NCBI GenBank assembly: GCA_963675745.2
Contig: CAXXWX010000023.1
Location: forward strand, 96,001-160,000
DNA from: Phycisphaerae bacterium
GTDB taxonomy: Bacteria; Planctomycetota; Phycisphaerae; UBA1845; Fen-1342
DNA: 64,000 nt
Reading direction: 5' to 3'
Within the stretch, counting starts at the first letter, position 1; each line of letters starts with the position of its first letter. Below are positions 60,062-64,000 of this stretch, in pieces. The position numbers and the translations under genes are program-made. The notes under the pieces were generated by a model. It ran no database searches, was not told the DNA's origin, and saw nothing but the letters and a program-made list of their open reading frames with translations.

Positions 60062-60095
60062 AAAGCGGCCGCGATGCACCGATCGCGGCCGCTTT
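60062..60095. terminator. Intrinsic (bidirectional-type) terminator hairpin
   Basis: AAAGCGGCCGCGAT gcaccg ATCGCGGCCGCTTT, about 30 nt after the stop at 60033. Confidence 0.75.
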
Positions 60096-60110
60096 ATTGC
60101 GCGTGTGCGG

Positions 60111-60227
60111 CGCTGGGCCCAGATGATGCGGGCCTCGATGAAGACCGACTGCGTCCAGTTCAACACCCACCGCATGCTCGGCGACTAGGTCCGCAGGTAC
60201 TACCTCCCCGCCCACCGACAGGGCACG
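60111..60227 (+). pseudogene. Fragment of alpha-glucan (glycogen) phosphorylase C-terminal region
   Basis: RWAQMMRASMKTDCVQFNTHRMLGD*VRRYYLPAHRQG matches the phosphorylase W..MM..S......FNTHRM..EY...YY.PA motif, with TAG at the Tyr position. Confidence 0.7.
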
Positions 60228-60408
60228 TCGAGCTCAGCGAGACGTGGCGGTGCCCGGCAATACAGGCAGATCCCCCAGCGCGGCGGGTGTAAGCTCTCGC
60301 ATGCCTTGATTACCGATAACTGGAAGCCATAGGATTGGGTGGTCGTCGCCATGGGGTGGGCGCGGTCCGCCGGCGGCGGTGGGATCGGGATATCAAGGAG
60401 CCAGGCTG

Positions 60409-61071
60409 ATGTTACGCATCGTGATCGCGCTGGCTTTGTGCAGTGGCGCCGTGGCCGGCGCGGCGCCGTACTCCGTGTCATACGAGGGTAACGTACTGCC
60501 GGAGGATGACGGCTGGGAGCGCTTCCACGGCTACGACGATAACGAGGCCGATCGATACATCGACAACGGCGTGCTGGTCATCGATTCGATGCACGATGGC
60601 CAGGTTTACGACTACGTGACACACGACGCCTCGCCGGCGACCGCGATGGAGCCGGGTGAACTCCTTGTCGTCGAGTGGCGCACCTACTTGGCCGCCACGG
60701 AGGGTCGCGACGCCATTTTCGCCCTGATCCTTGGGGATTGGACCGAGGATTTCACGCTCGGGTATGACCACGTCCACCTGGGTTGGCTGCGAATCAACGT
60801 CCCGGTCACTCCGGAAGTGTGGCATACCTACCGCATTGAGATGACGCCGTCGTATTCATACATCTTCTTCATCGACGCTGAACCGCGGGTCCAGGCATCG
60901 CTGTTCGAGGTGCCGGATGACCGCGAGATCATCGCGTTTGGGGACGGCGCAATCGGTGCCAGGTCAATATCTCACTGGGACTACGTTCACTGTGACGTTG
61001 TTCCAGAGCCTGGAACGACGGTTCTGCTGCTCGTGTGCGTTCACGGGTGGATTCGCAGGTTTCTCACATGA
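60409..61071 (+). CDS. PEP-CTERM-like secreted protein (degenerate tail)
   Basis: AAGGAG RBS, signal peptide, YEGNVLPEDDGW, IAFGDG..WDYV; VPEPGTTVLLLVCVHGWIRRFLT. Confidence 0.8.
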   Translation: MLRIVIALALCSGAVAGAAPYSVSYEGNVLPEDDGWERFHGYDDNEADRYIDNGVLVIDSMHDGQVYDYVTHDASPATAMEPGELLVVEWRTYLAATEGRDAIFALILGDWTEDFTLGYDHVHLGWLRINVPVTPEVWHTYRIEMTPSYSYIFFIDAEPRVQASLFEVPDDREIIAFGDGAIGARSISHWDYVHCDVVPEPGTTVLLLVCVHGWIRRFLT

Positions 61072-62528
61072 AGCGAGTTGGTTCGATGACCAGGCTCACG
61101 CACAGACTGCTTGCGATCTTGTCACTGATGTTTGTCACCACGGCCATCACACAGGCGGAGATCCGCCAATTCGGTCCGGCGGATCCGAACTCGTATACGA
61201 TCTACAACGACACGCAGACGATAGTCATCAAGTAGTGCACCGGTCTCGAGTTCAAGTTCGAGTCCTACACCAGCGGCTCCCCAGATCAGATCAAGGGCAT
61301 AACAGTCGAGCCCGATCCCAACGACCCCAACGCTATCGAGGTCGCGCCACTTGTCAGCATCATCGGCGATCCCAACGAGAGCCACACTATCGGTGCCACC
61401 AACGTGTGGTTCATCGATCTGCGTGCCGACGGGGCGCCAACCGGCGTAGTGAAAGACATCAACATCACCGGCAGCCTCGGTGCTTCCGCTGCTTCGCAAG
61501 GGTCGTTCTTCGCACGCTTCACCGGCACCGCAGAGGTCAACAACATCAAGCAGGATCTTACGACCACCGTGGCCGGCGCGGGCATCACCATCGACGGAAC
61601 CGTGGCCCTCGACAATGGTGCCGTGCTCGATATGCCGCTGTCAGCCGGTGAGGAGATCGTCATCGATGGACGCATGCAGAACGCCACAATCATGACACAC
61701 AGCGCCAACGACATCCGCTTCACCTCAACGGGCAACATCACGCGCACGGGCACAATCCGCGGCCCCGAAAGCGGCTCTTACACGGGCGACATTGAGATCG
61801 GGATCGGAGCCGGAAGCTCGGCCAAGTGGCAGGGGCTGATCGAGTTCGACGACTTCGGTGGTACACTCGAGATCAACACCCTCCTGGCCAAGGCCGATGC
61901 CAGCGCGGGCGGCATTCGCATCAACGGTAGTTTCCTGAATGGTGGCGAGATCACGATCACCAACGCCACAGCATCGGCGGGGGCGTTCGTATCGGTAGAC
62001 TATGATGGCTACCACGCCGGCGATAGCTGGGATCCCAACGCCACCGTCACAGTCAACAGCACGGAGTATACCGGTAATACTCCCGCCGCATATATCTACG
62101 AAATCACCGAGTGTCTTGGCGACATGACCAACGACGAGACCACCAACAACGGCGACATCGACGCGTTCACTACCGGCCTCACCGACCCTGACGACTATGA
62201 TGATAGCTACCCCGCGCTGGCCGGCAGCCGCATCTACCATGGCGACTGCAACCGGGACACCTACTATAACAACGGTGATATCGACGCCTTTGTCACATTC
62301 CTGAGCGACCCGGGTTGCCCAACCGGCGCATCGGAGAGCGGCGGCGGTGGCGGCGGCGAGGGTGAATACAGCCATACGCCCGCGAGCGTGGCGCTGATGT
62401 ACGCCGAGAACCTCTCCTCAGCCAACCTCACCGCTTTCTGCGGTTATCTCTCCGACCTGATAGACAGCGAATCCGAAACGCCCGTCGGCGCGTTCTGGGA
62501 GCAGGTATACAAGCTGCTGTGTGAGTAG
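61068..62528 (+). pseudogene. Secreted dockerin-tagged protein interrupted by a single in-frame TAG (61233-61235)
   Basis: Signal-peptide ORF and 61404 ORF share one frame with no other stop between them; C-terminal GDMTNDETTNNGDIDAF...GDCNRDTYYNNGDIDAFV. Confidence 0.7.
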
Positions 62529-62589
62529 GCCGGGTATAAATGCAGCGCTCACGCTCGCTGGGGCGGGTGGACGATGCCCAAGGCCGAGA

Positions 62590-62677
62590 CGTAGGGCAGG
62601 TCGAGCGCGCCGAGACATGTCGACCGTGGCGCTCACGACGGCCGGTCTCGCTGCACTCGACGTCCCCTGCCCGTACG
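62590..62677. repeat. Degenerate GTAG-type REP doublet between convergent genes
   Basis: CGTAGGGCAGGTCGAGCGCGCCGAGAC ... GTCTCGCTGCACTCGACGTCCCCTGCCCGTACG. Confidence 0.55.
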
Positions 62678-62730
62678 CAGGTCTTGTTCGTCGTGCATGG
62701 AGGCCCGACACTACCGGGGGTTTCCCAATG

Positions 62731-64000
62731 TTAGTCACCGGATAGCAGGGCCACGAATGCGTCGATGTCGCCGTTGTTGACCAGACCGTCATCGTTGCAG
62801 TCCGCCAGGTCGCGATCACAGTTCGGGTAAGTCGTGTCGTAGAGTGACGGATTGGTCAGCGCCAGCACGAACGGGTCGATGTCGCCGTTGTTGATCAGGT
62901 TGTCACAGTTCAAGTCGCCCAATATGCCGCTCGTGACGACGAAGTACTGCAAGCCGGCGATCGTCCCGAGATCGGTGGTTCGCGGTTCGCCCAGGCTGTC
63001 ACCGCCGCCCAACGCGCCGAGCACCTGGTTGGACAGGTGGTCGTGCGCGGGTGCGTTGAGCAGCGCGACTACGCGGCAGGCCCCGCTTGGACTATCAAGC
63101 AACGTCAGCGGGATCGACAGCTCAATACCCGTGGTGACGTCTTCCGGGTATACGCCGACCAGGTCAATCAGCTCGGTGCCGCCGTCGACGCCAAGCGTAT
63201 TCGAGTTGTCGATCGTGGCGAGCAGCACCTCGGGATTATTGCCAACAACCAGGCCGTCCCACGAGCGATCTGCCGCCGCCCCCTCTCCGAGGAACTGCGC
63301 GAATCCGGTGTTGCCCTCGTTGACGTACAACTCGGCATAGTTGACGTACAGCGTGTACGGCGTGTCGCCGCCGGACAGACCGATCCAGAAGTCCGCCGCG
63401 AAGTTGGGATCCAAGGTCAATCCATCGCCGATACCGGCGTCGCCCAGGCGTTGGAGCGCGCCGTCGTCGATCACGGGATTGTCGTGCAGGATGCGTTGTT
63501 GCCCGCCCGGGCGGGTATCGAAGAACAGCTCCAGCTTGTTGTAGTTGGATTCGAGGTTACCGGTCAGCAGCAAATGGAGCCGGTTGTCGGTCAGCCGGCC
63601 ATACGCCGCGTCGAGCTCGGAGCCGTTGGCGGCGTCAACCAGGCCCAGGTTGCTGTCGCCAAAGCTGGTCTGCGTGTCCTGAATCGCCAGCGGCGCCCCG
63701 TATTGGGCGTCACGGACGCCATCGACCAGGAACGGATCGCACGGCTGCCCGCAGGGGCATGTAGTGCAGTCGCTGCCGTCGCCTTGATAGTCGCCACCCA
63801 GTGCCGTGCACTGCTGCGCCAGCGTCACCAGGCACACATCGACCAGACAACACGCGCCAATCGAGTAGCACTCATCGGGAATGCCGTCCGTGTTTACATC
63901 CTGGCTGGTGCCGTCAGCGATGTCGCACGTGTCAAGGACGCCGTTCTTGTTGCAGTCGCTGCACCACGGTTGGCCACTGCACAAGGCGGCATCTTCCGCA
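62731..64000 (-). CDS. C-terminal part of a secreted Cys-rich dockerin-tagged protein (runs off the window)
   Basis: DCNKNGVLDTCDI, GACC, GSELD...LTGNLESNYNKL, TTGIEL.IPL, SNQVL; GDLNCDNLINNGDIDPFV...ADCNDDGLVNNGDIDAFV. Confidence 0.85.
   Translation of the reverse strand, partial: AEDAALCSGQPWCSDCNKNGVLDTCDIADGTSQDVNTDGIPDECYSIGACCLVDVCLVTLAQQCTALGGDYQGDGSDCTTCPCGQPCDPFLVDGVRDAQYGAPLAIQDTQTSFGDSNLGLVDAANGSELDAAYGRLTDNRLHLLLTGNLESNYNKLELFFDTRPGGQQRILHDNPVIDDGALQRLGDAGIGDGLTLDPNFAADFWIGLSGGDTPYTLYVNYAELYVNEGNTGFAQFLGEGAAADRSWDGLVVGNNPEVLLATIDNSNTLGVDGGTELIDLVGVYPEDVTTGIELSIPLTLLDSPSGACRVVALLNAPAHDHLSNQVLGALGGGDSLGEPRTTDLGTIAGLQYFVVTSGILGDLNCDNLINNGDIDPFVLALTNPSLYDTTYPNCDRDLADCNDDGLVNNGDIDAFVALLSGD

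Noticed and set aside
60186..61235. Two nearby in-frame TAGs suggesting amber recoding
   Set aside because: TAG is the genuine stop of many complete genes here (e.g. ending 7220, 42744, 50599, 60033); one of the two lies in an obvious fragment
19609..62900. Dockerin repeats as DGR template/variable repeats
   Set aside because: Differences are synonymous or general rather than adenine-specific, and there is no reverse transcriptase in the window
1..64000. CRISPR array, integrase, transposase, prophage or rRNA
   Set aside because: No regularly spaced repeats or recognisable motifs for these were seen

Overview
High-GC bacterial window, most consistent with a Phycisphaerae/Planctomycetota chromosome. 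The inference rests on PEP-CTERM proteins, many dockerin-like C-terminal tags, a prepilin/H-X9-DG-type protein, a TMTC-like GT-C and GTGGCAC/GTAG REP doublets. Housekeeping genes include rny, hsp20-lon-HU, tilS, pcp-folE-pepA, arsC, two PPIases and tRNA-Lys(TTT); they are interleaved with many secreted proteins. The first ~2.1 kb (SSS symporter + GH130) is riddled with indels, probably a low-quality contig end. The best candidate for an undescribed system is the four-gene operon at 48.4-53.9 kb. It has two membrane-anchored AlkP-superfamily enzymes with predicted opposite topology, and a 66-aa RHH-like protein carrying the 'LxxLGYxE' tail that both enzymes lack but a paralog at 35 kb has in cis. 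It ends with an archaeal/eukaryotic-type Oxa1-superfamily (DUF106/EMC3/TMCO1-like) membrane protein. Other highlights are a small lipoprotein plus sigma-like/helical-repeat gene pair next to tRNA-Lys, a shared NNGDID dockerin signature, a circularly permuted duplicated domain, a 6S-like RNA rod upstream of rny, an in-frame TAG in a dockerin gene and a glgP relic. All family calls come from motif recognition by eye; no searches were run.
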